Program-made: the position numbers and the translations under genes
Notes under the pieces: generated by a model
Told to the model about the DNA's origin: nothing
What the model saw: only the letters and a program-made list of their open reading frames with translations
Database searches by the model: none
In this document: positions 1 to 8,842 of the stretch, in pieces
How the letters are laid out: the number at the start of each line of letters is the position of its first letter
Position numbering within the stretch: the first letter of the stretch is position 1
Assembly (NCBI GenBank): GCA_963728915.1
Contig: CAVSLV010000004.1
Coordinates: 1 to 64,000, forward strand
Source: an uncultured Gemmatimonadales bacterium
Lineage (GTDB): Bacteria > Gemmatimonadota > Gemmatimonadetes > Gemmatimonadales > GWC2-71-9
Direction of reading: 5' to 3'
DNA: 64,000 bases

Positions 1-80
1 GACGCGCCACTCGCGGTTTTTTGATGCGGGTCTTGAGATCTGGGTTAGGCCGGCGCTTTATCTCGACCGAGCTTGTCCGA

Positions 81-342
81 GTGCCGGAGATCTCGCGCTT
101 CCTGGGCATCGTGATACGGATGTACTATCTCGATCACCCGCCGCCTCACTTTCACGCCTCCTATGGTGGCTCCGACGCCCAGATCGCAATCGGAAGCCGC
201 GCGATAGTGCGGGGTCGGTTGCCCCCTCGCGTCTTGGCCCCTGATCGCCGAATGGGCTAGACTCTATGAGGCCTTGCTTCTCGAGAACTGGCGACGGCTC
301 CACGCTGAGATGCCTCGAATTCGAATTCCACCGCTGGAGTAG
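81..342 (+). CDS. DUF4160-family toxin (HicA-like/DhiT-like), interrupted by a 1-nt insertion
   Basis: GTG81 gives MPEISRFLGIVIRMYYLDHPPPHFHA. Removing one C from CCCC (238-241) continues as LIAEWARLYEALLLENWRRLHAEMPRIRIPPLE to TAG 340-342, the typical DUF4160 C-terminus. Confidence 0.85.
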
Positions 343-347
343 ATGTA

Positions 348-635
348 ATGGAACACCCCGAGTCGATTCCGCCCGTGCATCCCAGGATTACTGCCGTCGA
401 GGCTCGGGGCGGTTTCGTCGTGGCACTGTGGTTCACTGACGGATCGAATGGGGTGGTGGACCTGGCTCCCTGGATTCGGGGGCGGAAGGGCGTTTTCACC
501 GAGCTTCAGGACCCGGCCTATTTCGCGCGAGTGATGGTCGATCGCGACGCCGGGACGATCGTCTGGCCCAATGGCGTGGATCTCGATCCAGACATGCTGT
601 TCGAAGCGGCCCACCGTTCCGCCACTCCGGCCTAA
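348..635 (+). CDS. DUF2442-family antitoxin
   Basis: FTDG..G.VDL and TIVWPNGVDLDPDMLF motifs; starts 5 nt after the DUF4160 gene. Confidence 0.85.
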   Translation: MEHPESIPPVHPRITAVEARGGFVVALWFTDGSNGVVDLAPWIRGRKGVFTELQDPAYFARVMVDRDAGTIVWPNGVDLDPDMLFEAAHRSATPA

Positions 636-698
636 GGGTTTGGAGTAGGGAGGTTCGCCAGGAAATAGCACCAATAGTATCAAGTCTTCCCTTGGCCC

Positions 699-995
699 TC
701 AGACTTCATCTTCCTCTTCAATCTCATAGTTCGGCTCCCGGGAAAACTCCTCTCTCGGCGATTCTCGAGCCGCCGCGAGGGCAGCCTCCCAAACTGCCAG
801 GGAGCCCAACCGCACCGCGGCATCGGCACCTACGTTCTCGAGCAATAGTCCGAGCAGGTTGATTCTGTCCGCCTCGCTCCAAAAGAGCTTCCCGCGGTAC
901 ATCTCGAATTTCTCGGGCGTGAGCTGCCAACGGCCACTGGCTTCCTCCCCTTCCCAGCGGCGGCCTCCCCGGCGGATATCCCATCGAATGGTCAT
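699..995 (-). CDS. Small hypothetical protein (start may be 995, 1019 or 1046)
   Basis: Natural-looking ORF (LTPEKFEMYRGKLFW...LLGLLLENVGADAAVRLG) with an acidic tail, between two TA pairs. Confidence 0.6.
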   Translation of the reverse strand: MTIRWDIRRGGRRWEGEEASGRWQLTPEKFEMYRGKLFWSEADRINLLGLLLENVGADAAVRLGSLAVWEAALAAARESPREEFSREPNYEIEEEDEV

Positions 996-1175
996 GGTCG
1001 ATTCCAGATTGGACAACATGAGAACGGTAGGCGACTTCTGCCGCAAGGACTAACTAGAAAAACGCAGACTCGTTCGGCCGCTCGCGTCCAGCTGCTCCCG
1101 GCCGATGGCAGTGGTTCGGCCCTCACCGCGGTCTTCGGGTTAATCAGAATCAGCCCCAGTGCTCCATGGTGGCAC

Positions 1176-1412
1176 GTGCCAACCGTGCTGCGGGTCGACT
1201 CGTACCGCTTCTTCTTCTACTCAGCCGATGGCAATGAGCCGCCCCACGTCCATGTACGCCGGGGCCGGAACACTGCAAAGTTCTGGCTCGACCCTGTAAG
1301 CTTGGCGGACAACAATGGCCATCCGACCCATGAGTTGCGATACTTGCTACGGTTGGTCGAGATGAATAGACCTTTTCTCCAACGTTGCTGGAATGAGTTC
1401 TTCGCCAACTGA
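1176..1412 (+). CDS. DUF4160-family toxin
   Basis: MPTVLRVDSYRFFFYSADGNEPPHVHV...AKFWL...WNEFF is the classic DUF4160 pattern. Confidence 0.9.
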   Translation: MPTVLRVDSYRFFFYSADGNEPPHVHVRRGRNTAKFWLDPVSLADNNGHPTHELRYLLRLVEMNRPFLQRCWNEFFAN

Positions 1413-1701
1413 TCTTTCGGCACCCCGGGCTACCGCCGTCAGTTTCACCGACGACCACCTGATGGTGGCGCTTGCCGATGGCCGCAGGATTGGCGTTCCG
1501 ATCGAGTGGTATCCCCGACTGGCAGAAGCCAGTCCGGCCGAACGGAACCGCTGGGAGCTGATTGGCCAGGGAGAAGGCGTTCATTGGCCCGCCCTCGATG
1601 AGGACCTGAGCGTCAACAGTCTCCTGGCTGGCCGGCGTTCCGGAGAAAGTCCCCGATCGTTGAGCACCTGGCGAGAGCGGAGGAACCGGCCCTCTCCTTG
1701 A
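1393..1701 (+). CDS. DUF2442-family antitoxin
   Basis: LADGR.I.VP.EWYPRL..A...ER..WELIG.GEGVHWPALDEDLSV; overlaps the toxin gene. Confidence 0.9.
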   Translation: MSSSPTDLSAPRATAVSFTDDHLMVALADGRRIGVPIEWYPRLAEASPAERNRWELIGQGEGVHWPALDEDLSVNSLLAGRRSGESPRSLSTWRERRNRPSP

Positions 1702-1731
1702 CGGTCTAGGAAAGCAACCGAATTCTTTCCT

Positions 1732-1968
1732 GGAGCATTTAGGAGAACGGGTTATGCCGCCGTCGCCATCGCCACCCTCGCGCTCGGCATCGGCGCCAAC
1801 ACGGCGATCTTCTCGGTGGTGGATGGCGTGCTCTTGAAACCGCTCCCATTCCCCCAGAGCGATCGCCTGGTCCATATCACCTTCGGCTACCCCCTCGGCG
1901 CGATCTGGACCTATCGCGACCAGGCCAGGGCAACCTTGCGAAGTCTCGGGCCCGGTCCTACTTTGTGA
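1732..1968 (+). pseudogene. Remnant of the N-terminus of an ADOP/MacB-like ABC permease
   Basis: Reads [47 protein letters not shown], matching [23 protein letters not shown] of the intact gene at 24798. No upstream start codon in frame; stops at TGA 1966-1968. Confidence 0.8.
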
Positions 1969-2000
1969 CGTAGAGTACTTGTCCCTGAGCCACAGACCCG

Positions 2001-2858
2001 ATGCCTCGCGTCCCGTTGCCCAGCGTCATTGGTTTCGCCCTCGCCGGCGCTTGTCTAACCGCCGCGGGCCCAATGCATTCCCAGGGGCCGCCGAAGCCCG
2101 ACACCACGGTCGCCTACGGGACTCAATCCCCCTATCAGATCATCGACCTGTTTCTTCCGTCGACCCGGAACGCGCCGGTCGTTCTCTTCACCTATGGCGG
2201 AGGCTGGCATTCACCCCGCGGCCCCGGCCTCAATGCGGTATGCGATGCGGTCAGAAAGGCGGGCATCGCCTGCCTGCTGGCGAGCCATCGCCTCGGTCCC
2301 GCCGATCTCTTTCCCGCCCAGGCTGAGGATCTTGCCGCCGCTGCGGCGTGGGTGCTGGGACATGCCGCCGCGCTCGGCGTCGATCGATCCCGTTTCTTCC
2401 TCGCCGGTCACAGCTCGGGCGCTCACCTCTCCGCACTGATCGCGCTCGACACCACCTACCTGACCCGCGCGGGTGTGTCCGCGCGCGCCATCCGCGGCGT
2501 CGTTGCCCTCAGCACGCCGTCGGATCTCCGCACCCGTCCCTCGGGTGATGGCTACGGCGACGCCTTGATGGGCGGCGCGGGGGCCGACACGTTTCGGCGG
2601 GACACCACGGTGCTCTGGCAGGCCAGTCCGCTCCGCTATGTTCGCGCCGGAGCGCCGCCCTTCCTCCTCGCGGTCGCCGAGAATGATTTTCCGATGTTAC
2701 CGGGCGACAGCCGGGTCTTCGCGGACGCCTTGAAGCAACGAGGCGTGGAAGTGAGCCTGCTGGTCGTGCCGGGAGGCAACCACCTGTCCACGGTCGCCGC
2801 GCTCCTCGATCCGGAGAGCGCGGTATGGAAGGCCTTCATCGGTTTCGTCGGCCGCTAG
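2001..2858 (+). CDS. Secreted alpha/beta hydrolase (esterase/lipase)
   Basis: Signal peptide, YGGGW oxyanion motif, GHSSG nucleophile elbow, C-terminal His. Confidence 0.9.
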   Translation: MPRVPLPSVIGFALAGACLTAAGPMHSQGPPKPDTTVAYGTQSPYQIIDLFLPSTRNAPVVLFTYGGGWHSPRGPGLNAVCDAVRKAGIACLLASHRLGPADLFPAQAEDLAAAAAWVLGHAAALGVDRSRFFLAGHSSGAHLSALIALDTTYLTRAGVSARAIRGVVALSTPSDLRTRPSGDGYGDALMGGAGADTFRRDTTVLWQASPLRYVRAGAPPFLLAVAENDFPMLPGDSRVFADALKQRGVEVSLLVVPGGNHLSTVAALLDPESAVWKAFIGFVGR

Positions 2859-2882
2859 CGCGCTCCCCTTTCGAGATGCGGG

Positions 2883-3308
2883 TCAGGCCGTCGGTGGCGC
2901 CCCGCTCCCCCGGATCGCGGCGATTACCAGGCCGGCGATGCCACCATGCACCAGCTCGAGGAGCGGATCCACGATGGTGCGGGTCAGGGTCTGGATATTC
3001 GCCACACCATACAGGACGAAATCGGCGACGAACCAGGCCAGAAACCCGACCGTCGCGCCCACCAGGAAGCCGGTTCCCATCGAGCCCGCGTTAGGTCGGT
3101 ATCGCAGGGCGAAGACGATGAGGTAGGCATACGCGATATAGGCCACCGCCAGGGCCCAGAAGATCTGATGCTCGCGATCGACCCCCGTTGCGGTTCCCCC
3201 ATTGGCCGCGTAAAAACTGGCGAATATCATGTTGAACAACAGATACCCGACCCCGTACAGCACCGCGGCGCCAACGATGACCGCGGCGAACGTCCGCTTC
3301 GCATCCAT
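2883..3308 (-). CDS. Four-TM membrane protein (DUF1761-like)
   Basis: Four hydrophobic helices; AGGAG upstream of the start. Confidence 0.75.
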   Translation of the reverse strand: MDAKRTFAAVIVGAAVLYGVGYLLFNMIFASFYAANGGTATGVDREHQIFWALAVAYIAYAYLIVFALRYRPNAGSMGTGFLVGATVGFLAWFVADFVLYGVANIQTLTRTIVDPLLELVHGGIAGLVIAAIRGSGAPPTA

Positions 3309-3405
3309 GGAGCTCTCCTGGTTAGGGACAGGGCTGGAGCTACGCCCGCTAGCGCCGGATAGCTTACCACCAATTTGCCAAACCCGCTGTAGGCGTCCCT
3401 CCCGC

Positions 3406-6400
3406 TCAGGGCATCCGGCTCAGCGCGACCGGAAGCTCTAACGTGGGCTGTCCGGCGGACTGGAGCGCCCGGTTGGCCGACTGCACCGCCGCCCGGGCGG
3501 CGGACCGAACCTCGACCAGCGTCTTCCCGGCCCGAGCCAGCGCTTCCACCGACCCGGTCCGCTCGGCCTGGCTCGGCGCGGTGTTCATGTCTCCATAGCT
3601 GAACTGGGTGATCTCCCCTAACGCGCTGGTGGTGTAGGGATCGAAGTCGAACCCGGTGGTCCGCGGGGTGGAGAGCCGGCGGGCCAGCGCGCCGAGCGAG
3701 TCCCGGAGCCCGGTCAACGCCGCGGTGACCGCGGCGTTGCCTCCCGAGCCCGCCAGCCGTGCCTCGGCGTTGCCCCGGACGGTGGCCAGCCCATTGATCG
3801 CCTCGAACACCTCGGTCATGGCCGCATACACCCGCCGGCTCTGGTCCAAGCGGGCCCGCCAGTCGGCCGGTCCGGTGGAGCGTCTCGGATCGGGCTTCAG
3901 GGTGAAGCGAGCCGTTTCGGCATGGCCTCCCACGGTCAGGCGAACCTGGTAGGCCCCGGGGAGCGCCGTGCCTCCCGGCACCCGGCGGAGCTGAAAGGTC
4001 GTGTCGATCAGCGCCACGCCGGCGGCATAGTTGAAGGTCCAGTTGAACAGATTGAGCCCTTGCGTGTCAGGAAGCCTCGGCAGCGAGCCGAGTTTGTTCG
4101 GTTCTTCGTCGGGCGTGGGCTCGACGTACGGCGCGGCCAGCCGGGCGGAGTCGGTGATGCCGGCGGCCTTGAGACTGTCGTTCCGGGCCTGCTTCTTCGT
4201 TTCCAGGCGAAGGCTATCCGCGAGAGTCGCCGAATCGGGCCGGCTGGTGAAGTGATTCACCGTCGTCCCCGAGGCATCGAGAATGTCGAGGCTCACTTCC
4301 TGGTTCTTGTCCTTGAGCCAGTAGTAGATGAACACGCCGTTGGGCGGATTCTGCCCGGCCTGGAGATTCTCGATCAGCGCCCCACCGCCCCAGAAGACCC
4401 GGTAGGCGTCCCGGGGCGTGAAGAGGTGGACCGCCTGCTCGGTGGTTCCCCGGGCCATCTGCCGGAGCGGCGAGATGTCGTCCAGGATCCAGAACGCCCG
4501 GCCATGGGTGGCGATGGCCAGGTCGCCTTCCTTGACCACGATATCGTGGACCGGCACGGGGGGCAGGTTCCGCCGGAGCGACTGCCAGTGTCCCCCGTCA
4601 TCGAAGCTGACCCAGACGCCCCGCTCGGTCCCGGCGTACAGCAGTCCCTTGCGCTCGGGGTCCTCCCGGATCACCCGGGCGAACTCATCGGACGGAATCC
4701 CGTCGGTGATCCGGGTCCAGGTCCTCCCGTAATCGGTGGTCTTGAACAGATAGGGGGCGTAGTCGTCCAGCATGTTGCGGTTGGCCGCGACGTAGGCGGT
4801 GCCGGCCGCGTGAGGAGACGGCTCGATAGTCGAGACCCGGCTGAATTCCTTCCATCCCTCCCTGGGAGTCACATCGGTCCAATGCGCTCCGCCATCCCGG
4901 GTCAGGTGAATCATCCCATCATCGGATCCCACCCAGATGGTCCCGGAGGCGACCGGTGATTCCGCGATGGCGAAGATGGTGGCGTAGGTCTCGGCGCCGG
5001 TCGCTTCCACCGTGATCGGACCGCCGGCCACGATCAGCGTCTTCGGATCGTGCCGGGTCAGGTCGGGGGAAATGATGGACCAGGTCGCCCCGCGATCGGC
5101 GCTCTTGAACAGCATGTTCGAGCCCAAGTACACGACCCTGGAATCGTGCGGGGAGAGTGCCATCGGGGTGGTCCAGTTCCAGCGCTGCTTCTGGTCCTTG
5201 GGACGGGCCGGCGGTTCCCACCACGGGTCGATGCTGTCGAAGAACCCGGTGGCGCGGTCGTACCGGGTGTTTCCGCCTCCGGTCGCGAAGACCCGGTCGG
5301 GCCGGTTCGGATCGGGAATGATCACGCCGGCCTCGCCTCCACCGGCGTAGTACCACTGGGTGATGTCGAACAGGTTGTCCGAGCGGCTCGGCCCGCAGGA
5401 GGAGCTGTTGTCCTGCTGGGAGCCGCACACCCGGTAGGGAAAGTGGTTGCTGGCGGTGATGTGATAGAACTGCCCGGTCGGGTATCCCGTGGTGCTCCAG
5501 TTGGCTCCCCGGTTCACCGAGATCCGGGCGCCCTGGTCGGCGCCCACGATCATCCGGTCGCGATTGTCCGGGGCGATCCAGAGCACGTGGGTGTCCCAGA
5601 GGTCGTTATAGGGACGCACTTCGGAGAAGTGCAAGCCGCCATCGGTGCTTCGGAACAAGGTCCCGTTGGGGAGGTACACCGTGTTGGTGTCGGCGGGATC
5701 GGCGAACACCCGGCTGAAATAGAAGGGCCGCCAGTGGATGCTCGATTTGGCATTGATCCGCTTCCAGGAGACTCCGCCGTTCTCGGAGCGATAGAGCCCG
5801 CCGGAATCGGCCTCGATCATCGCCCAGACCCGCTCTGGATTGGCCGGCGAGACGGCCAGGCCGATGTTGCCGAGGACTCCCTTGGGAAGACCTTCGTTGT
5901 GGGTCAGCTCGGTCCAGTGGTCGCCGCCATCGGTGGTCTTGTAGATCGCGCTGCCGGCGCCGCCGCTGACGATGTCCCAGGGTTTCCGGACCACCTGCCA
6001 GGTGGAGGCGTAGAGCACGTTGGGATCTCCGGGATCCATCTGAAGATCGGTCGCTCCGGTGGAATCGTTCCGGAACAGGATCTTCTCCCAGGTCTTGCCG
6101 CCGTCCTTGCTCCGGAAGACTCCCCGTTCCGGGTTAGGGCCGTGGGCGTGACCCAGGGCGGCGACGTAGACCAGGTCGGGGTTCCAGGGGTGGACCACGA
6201 CCCGGGCGATCTGCCGGGTCTCCCGGAGGCCCAGGAAGGTCCAGCTGCTGCCGCCGTCGGTCGTCTTGTAGACCCCGTCGCCATAGGAGGCGTTACCCCG
6301 GAGGGTGGACTCGCCGGTTCCCACGTACACGATGTCCGGGTTAGGCGGGTAGATCGCGATCCCGCCGATGGTGCCGCCGAAGAACTTGTCGGTGACCGGC

Positions 6401-6645
6401 TCCCAGGTGTACCCGCCATTGGTGGTCTTCATGACCCCGCCGCCGGTGGTGCCGGAGTAGTACTCGAGGGGCCGGGCCACCGAGCCGGCCACCGCGACCG
6501 ATCGTCCGGAGCGGTAGGGGCCGATGTTGCGCCATTTGAGGCCGGCGAAAGCGGCGGTGTCCACGTCGTGAACCGGGGCCTGGGCGACGCCCTGCGCCAC
6601 CGTGAGCGAGCTCAGCGCGAACGCAACCACGATGGAGCGGTGCAT
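3406..6645 (-). CDS. Secreted VPS10/BNR (Asp-box) repeat beta-propeller protein, glycosyl hydrolase-like
   Basis: Signal peptide, WRNIGP..SGR, many (S/T)xDGGxxW Asp-boxes, C-terminal helical region. Confidence 0.9.
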   Translation of the reverse strand: MHRSIVVAFALSSLTVAQGVAQAPVHDVDTAAFAGLKWRNIGPYRSGRSVAVAGSVARPLEYYSGTTGGGVMKTTNGGYTWEPVTDKFFGGTIGGIAIYPPNPDIVYVGTGESTLRGNASYGDGVYKTTDGGSSWTFLGLRETRQIARVVVHPWNPDLVYVAALGHAHGPNPERGVFRSKDGGKTWEKILFRNDSTGATDLQMDPGDPNVLYASTWQVVRKPWDIVSGGAGSAIYKTTDGGDHWTELTHNEGLPKGVLGNIGLAVSPANPERVWAMIEADSGGLYRSENGGVSWKRINAKSSIHWRPFYFSRVFADPADTNTVYLPNGTLFRSTDGGLHFSEVRPYNDLWDTHVLWIAPDNRDRMIVGADQGARISVNRGANWSTTGYPTGQFYHITASNHFPYRVCGSQQDNSSSCGPSRSDNLFDITQWYYAGGGEAGVIIPDPNRPDRVFATGGGNTRYDRATGFFDSIDPWWEPPARPKDQKQRWNWTTPMALSPHDSRVVYLGSNMLFKSADRGATWSIISPDLTRHDPKTLIVAGGPITVEATGAETYATIFAIAESPVASGTIWVGSDDGMIHLTRDGGAHWTDVTPREGWKEFSRVSTIEPSPHAAGTAYVAANRNMLDDYAPYLFKTTDYGRTWTRITDGIPSDEFARVIREDPERKGLLYAGTERGVWVSFDDGGHWQSLRRNLPPVPVHDIVVKEGDLAIATHGRAFWILDDISPLRQMARGTTEQAVHLFTPRDAYRVFWGGGALIENLQAGQNPPNGVFIYYWLKDKNQEVSLDILDASGTTVNHFTSRPDSATLADSLRLETKKQARNDSLKAAGITDSARLAAPYVEPTPDEEPNKLGSLPRLPDTQGLNLFNWTFNYAAGVALIDTTFQLRRVPGGTALPGAYQVRLTVGGHAETARFTLKPDPRRSTGPADWRARLDQSRRVYAAMTEVFEAINGLATVRGNAEARLAGSGGNAAVTAALTGLRDSLGALARRLSTPRTTGFDFDPYTTSALGEITQFSYGDMNTAPSQAERTGSVEALARAGKTLVEVRSAARAAVQSANRALQSAGQPTLELPVALSRMP

Positions 6646-6720
6646 GGACTTCCCTCGGCAAAAGGTCGGTCAATAGTCGGGGCCCAACCCGGCCGGGGCA
6701 AGGGCGCGGGATCGGGCGGA

Positions 6721-7116
6721 TCAGCCGCGGCGTTCGATCCCGCTGACCCGATCGAATCCGGTATCGAAACTCAGGATGCCGGTGATTTTCCGGCGCCGCA
6801 TGACCGCCGCGTGAACGGCATCCCTCGCGGAAAGGCCGGACAGGCCGAGCATCAGCGCTTTGGCGTGTTCCACATCGACGCGCTCCATCGGAAACACCTC
6901 GTCCACGACTCCGAGCAGGGCATCGAAGGCGGGCTGGATGGCATCGGGGCGGCGAATCGCGTGATAGCGGTGGAGGATTTCCTGGAGCACTTCGGCATCG
7001 GTGACCAGACGATCGCCCGCGTCAATGGCGCGTTCCAGCAGGCGGCGGGCTTCGTCCTTGTTGTGGTGCGCCGCCCCCACGAGGTACATGGGGATATTCG
7101 AGTCCACAAAGATCAC
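6721..7116 (-). CDS. vapC: PIN-domain toxin (VapC family)
   Basis: GTG start overlaps the antitoxin stop (GTGA); IFVDSN...EVLQE...ARDAVHAA...SFDTGFD PIN acidic residues. Confidence 0.9.
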   Translation of the reverse strand: MIFVDSNIPMYLVGAAHHNKDEARRLLERAIDAGDRLVTDAEVLQEILHRYHAIRRPDAIQPAFDALLGVVDEVFPMERVDVEHAKALMLGLSGLSARDAVHAAVMRRRKITGILSFDTGFDRVSGIERRG

Positions 7117-7361
7117 GAGCGATAGCCGCGCTCGATCTCCTCGAGCATCTGGGGCAGATCGGCGGTGGGATACGTTCCCCGCGCCGCTTCGCGGACGACT
7201 GAGAGTTTGCGTCGAGGATCGGCCGGGGATTCTCCCCGGCGGGCCTGGCGCAGGGCCTGGCGGACCCACTCGGCGACGGTCATCCGGTGCTTCCGCGCGA
7301 TCCGCCTGATTTCTGCCAGCTCTTCGGGATCGAGCAGGACCTGGAGTCGCTGACTCATCAT
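7113..7361 (-). CDS. Ribbon-helix-helix antitoxin (VapB/CopG-like)
   Basis: [19 protein letters not shown]....[11 protein letters not shown] is an RHH pattern; translationally coupled to vapC. Confidence 0.85.
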   Translation of the reverse strand: MMSQRLQVLLDPEELAEIRRIARKHRMTVAEWVRQALRQARRGESPADPRRKLSVVREAARGTYPTADLPQMLEEIERGYRS

Positions 7362-7391
7362 GATGAGTCTAATATACTCATGGCCATGAGT
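7353..7391. promoter_or_regulatory. Tandem palindromic operators ACTCAT-N4-ATGAGT flanking the vapBC -10 box
   Basis: ACTCATcatgATGAGT at 7353-7368 and ACTCATggccATGAGT at 7376-7391; minus-strand TATATT at 7371-7376. Confidence 0.75.
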
Positions 7392-8350
7392 CAAACAATC
7401 AGGTCGCGCAGCCCTTCCAGCGACACATTCCCGCCGCTCAGGATCAGGGCGACCCGCTTCCCCGCGAACCGCTCTCGATACCTGAGCACCGCGGCGAGCG
7501 ACGCGGCGCCGGCGCCCTCCACCAGGTTCCGGGTCTTCTCGAGCAGGACCCGCATCGCGGCCCGGAGCTCGAGGTCGCTCACCAGCACAAAATCGTCGAG
7601 GTCGCGCCGGAGGATCGCCTGGGTCAGCTCGAACGGCGCCCGGGTCGCGAGCCCTTCGGCGAAGGTCTCCATCGGCGCCTCGACCCGACGCTGTTCCTTC
7701 CAGGAGCGGTAGGCGGCCGGGGCCCGCTCGGACTGCACCCCGATCACCTCGATCTCGGGGTTCATCCCTTTCGCGGCGAGACAGGCGCCCGCGGCGCCAC
7801 TCCCTCCTCCCACCGGGACCACGATCGCATCCAGCTCGGGCTGCTCTTCCAGGATCTCCAGCGCATGAGTAGCCACGCCGGTGACCAGGAGCGGCTCATC
7901 TCCTGACGAGAGGTAGTGCATCCCCTCCGATTGCGCGGCCTGCTCCACGTAGGCCCGGCAGTCGTCGAAGTCCTTGCCCACGAACCGCACCTCGGCGCCG
8001 AATCCGCGGATCGCTTCGACCTTGCCGGGATTGGCCCCGTTCGGCACCGCGACCACCGCGCGGACTCCGAAGAGCTGCGCCGCGTAGGCCACGCTCTGCC
8101 CATGATTCCCCGATGATGCGGTGAGCACACCCGACTGGCGCCGCTCTCCCGAGAGGTGCGCCATGAAGTTGACTCCGCCGCGTACCTTGAACGCTCCGGT
8201 CGGCAGGTGATTCTCGTGCTTGATCCAGAGCGAGGCGCCGGCCAGGTCGTCGAGGGCCTGATACCGCCGTAAAGGCGTCGGCTGGAGGTAGGGCGCGATG
8301 GTACTGCGGGCCTCGTAGACCTCGGTGAATCCCGGAATATCGCTGTTCAT
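7391..8350 (-). CDS. PLP-dependent threonine/serine dehydratase family protein
   Basis: [35 protein letters not shown] motifs. Confidence 0.92.
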   Translation of the reverse strand: MNSDIPGFTEVYEARSTIAPYLQPTPLRRYQALDDLAGASLWIKHENHLPTGAFKVRGGVNFMAHLSGERRQSGVLTASSGNHGQSVAYAAQLFGVRAVVAVPNGANPGKVEAIRGFGAEVRFVGKDFDDCRAYVEQAAQSEGMHYLSSGDEPLLVTGVATHALEILEEQPELDAIVVPVGGGSGAAGACLAAKGMNPEIEVIGVQSERAPAAYRSWKEQRRVEAPMETFAEGLATRAPFELTQAILRRDLDDFVLVSDLELRAAMRVLLEKTRNLVEGAGAASLAAVLRYRERFAGKRVALILSGGNVSLEGLRDLIV

Positions 8351-8391
8351 GGTGGCCCGGATATTATCATGAATCCGGCCGGGAGGAGATC

Positions 8392-8775
8392 ATGGCAATC
8401 CGGGTGGTTCGACTGGGCTCCCCTCGCGCCGCTGGCGAGGGCCTCCGGCTCGGCACGGTGCGCCGCCCGCCTCGCGGGGTGCGGAAGCAGGATATCGCGC
8501 GAAAGAACTACTACGACGTGTGGTTGCCCGAACTCTCTCCCAGTCCGGCGCTCGTGAAGATGGCCCTGAACGCGACGACGCCGGCCGCATGGCGCACCTT
8601 TACCAGACGATATCGCGCCGAGATGAGCAAGCCCCCGGCGTCGCGGGTGCTGGATCTGCTTGCCGCCCTCTCGCAGGAGAGCAATTTCTCAGTGGGATGC
8701 TATTGCGAGGATGAGTCGCGCTGTCATCGATCGGTGCTGCGGGAGCTGCTGCGGGAGCGCGGCGCGGCACTCTGA
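8392..8775 (+). CDS. DUF488 family protein
   Basis: VRRPPRGVRK...WLPELSPS...CYCEDESRCHRS; GGAGGAG RBS. Confidence 0.85.
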   Translation: MAIRVVRLGSPRAAGEGLRLGTVRRPPRGVRKQDIARKNYYDVWLPELSPSPALVKMALNATTPAAWRTFTRRYRAEMSKPPASRVLDLLAALSQESNFSVGCYCEDESRCHRSVLRELLRERGAAL

Positions 8776-8842
8776 ACTCCATCGCTTGACTCCCCCGCCA
8801 TTCGTCGGGATAATAGCCCTCTCTCCCACCGTCGAGCCCGTC

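Noticed and set aside
1048..1145. GACTAAC...GTTAATC as a possible attC site between TA modules
   Set aside because: Ends deviate from RYYYAAC/GTTRRRY, internal pairing is poor, and the upstream gene has the wrong orientation.
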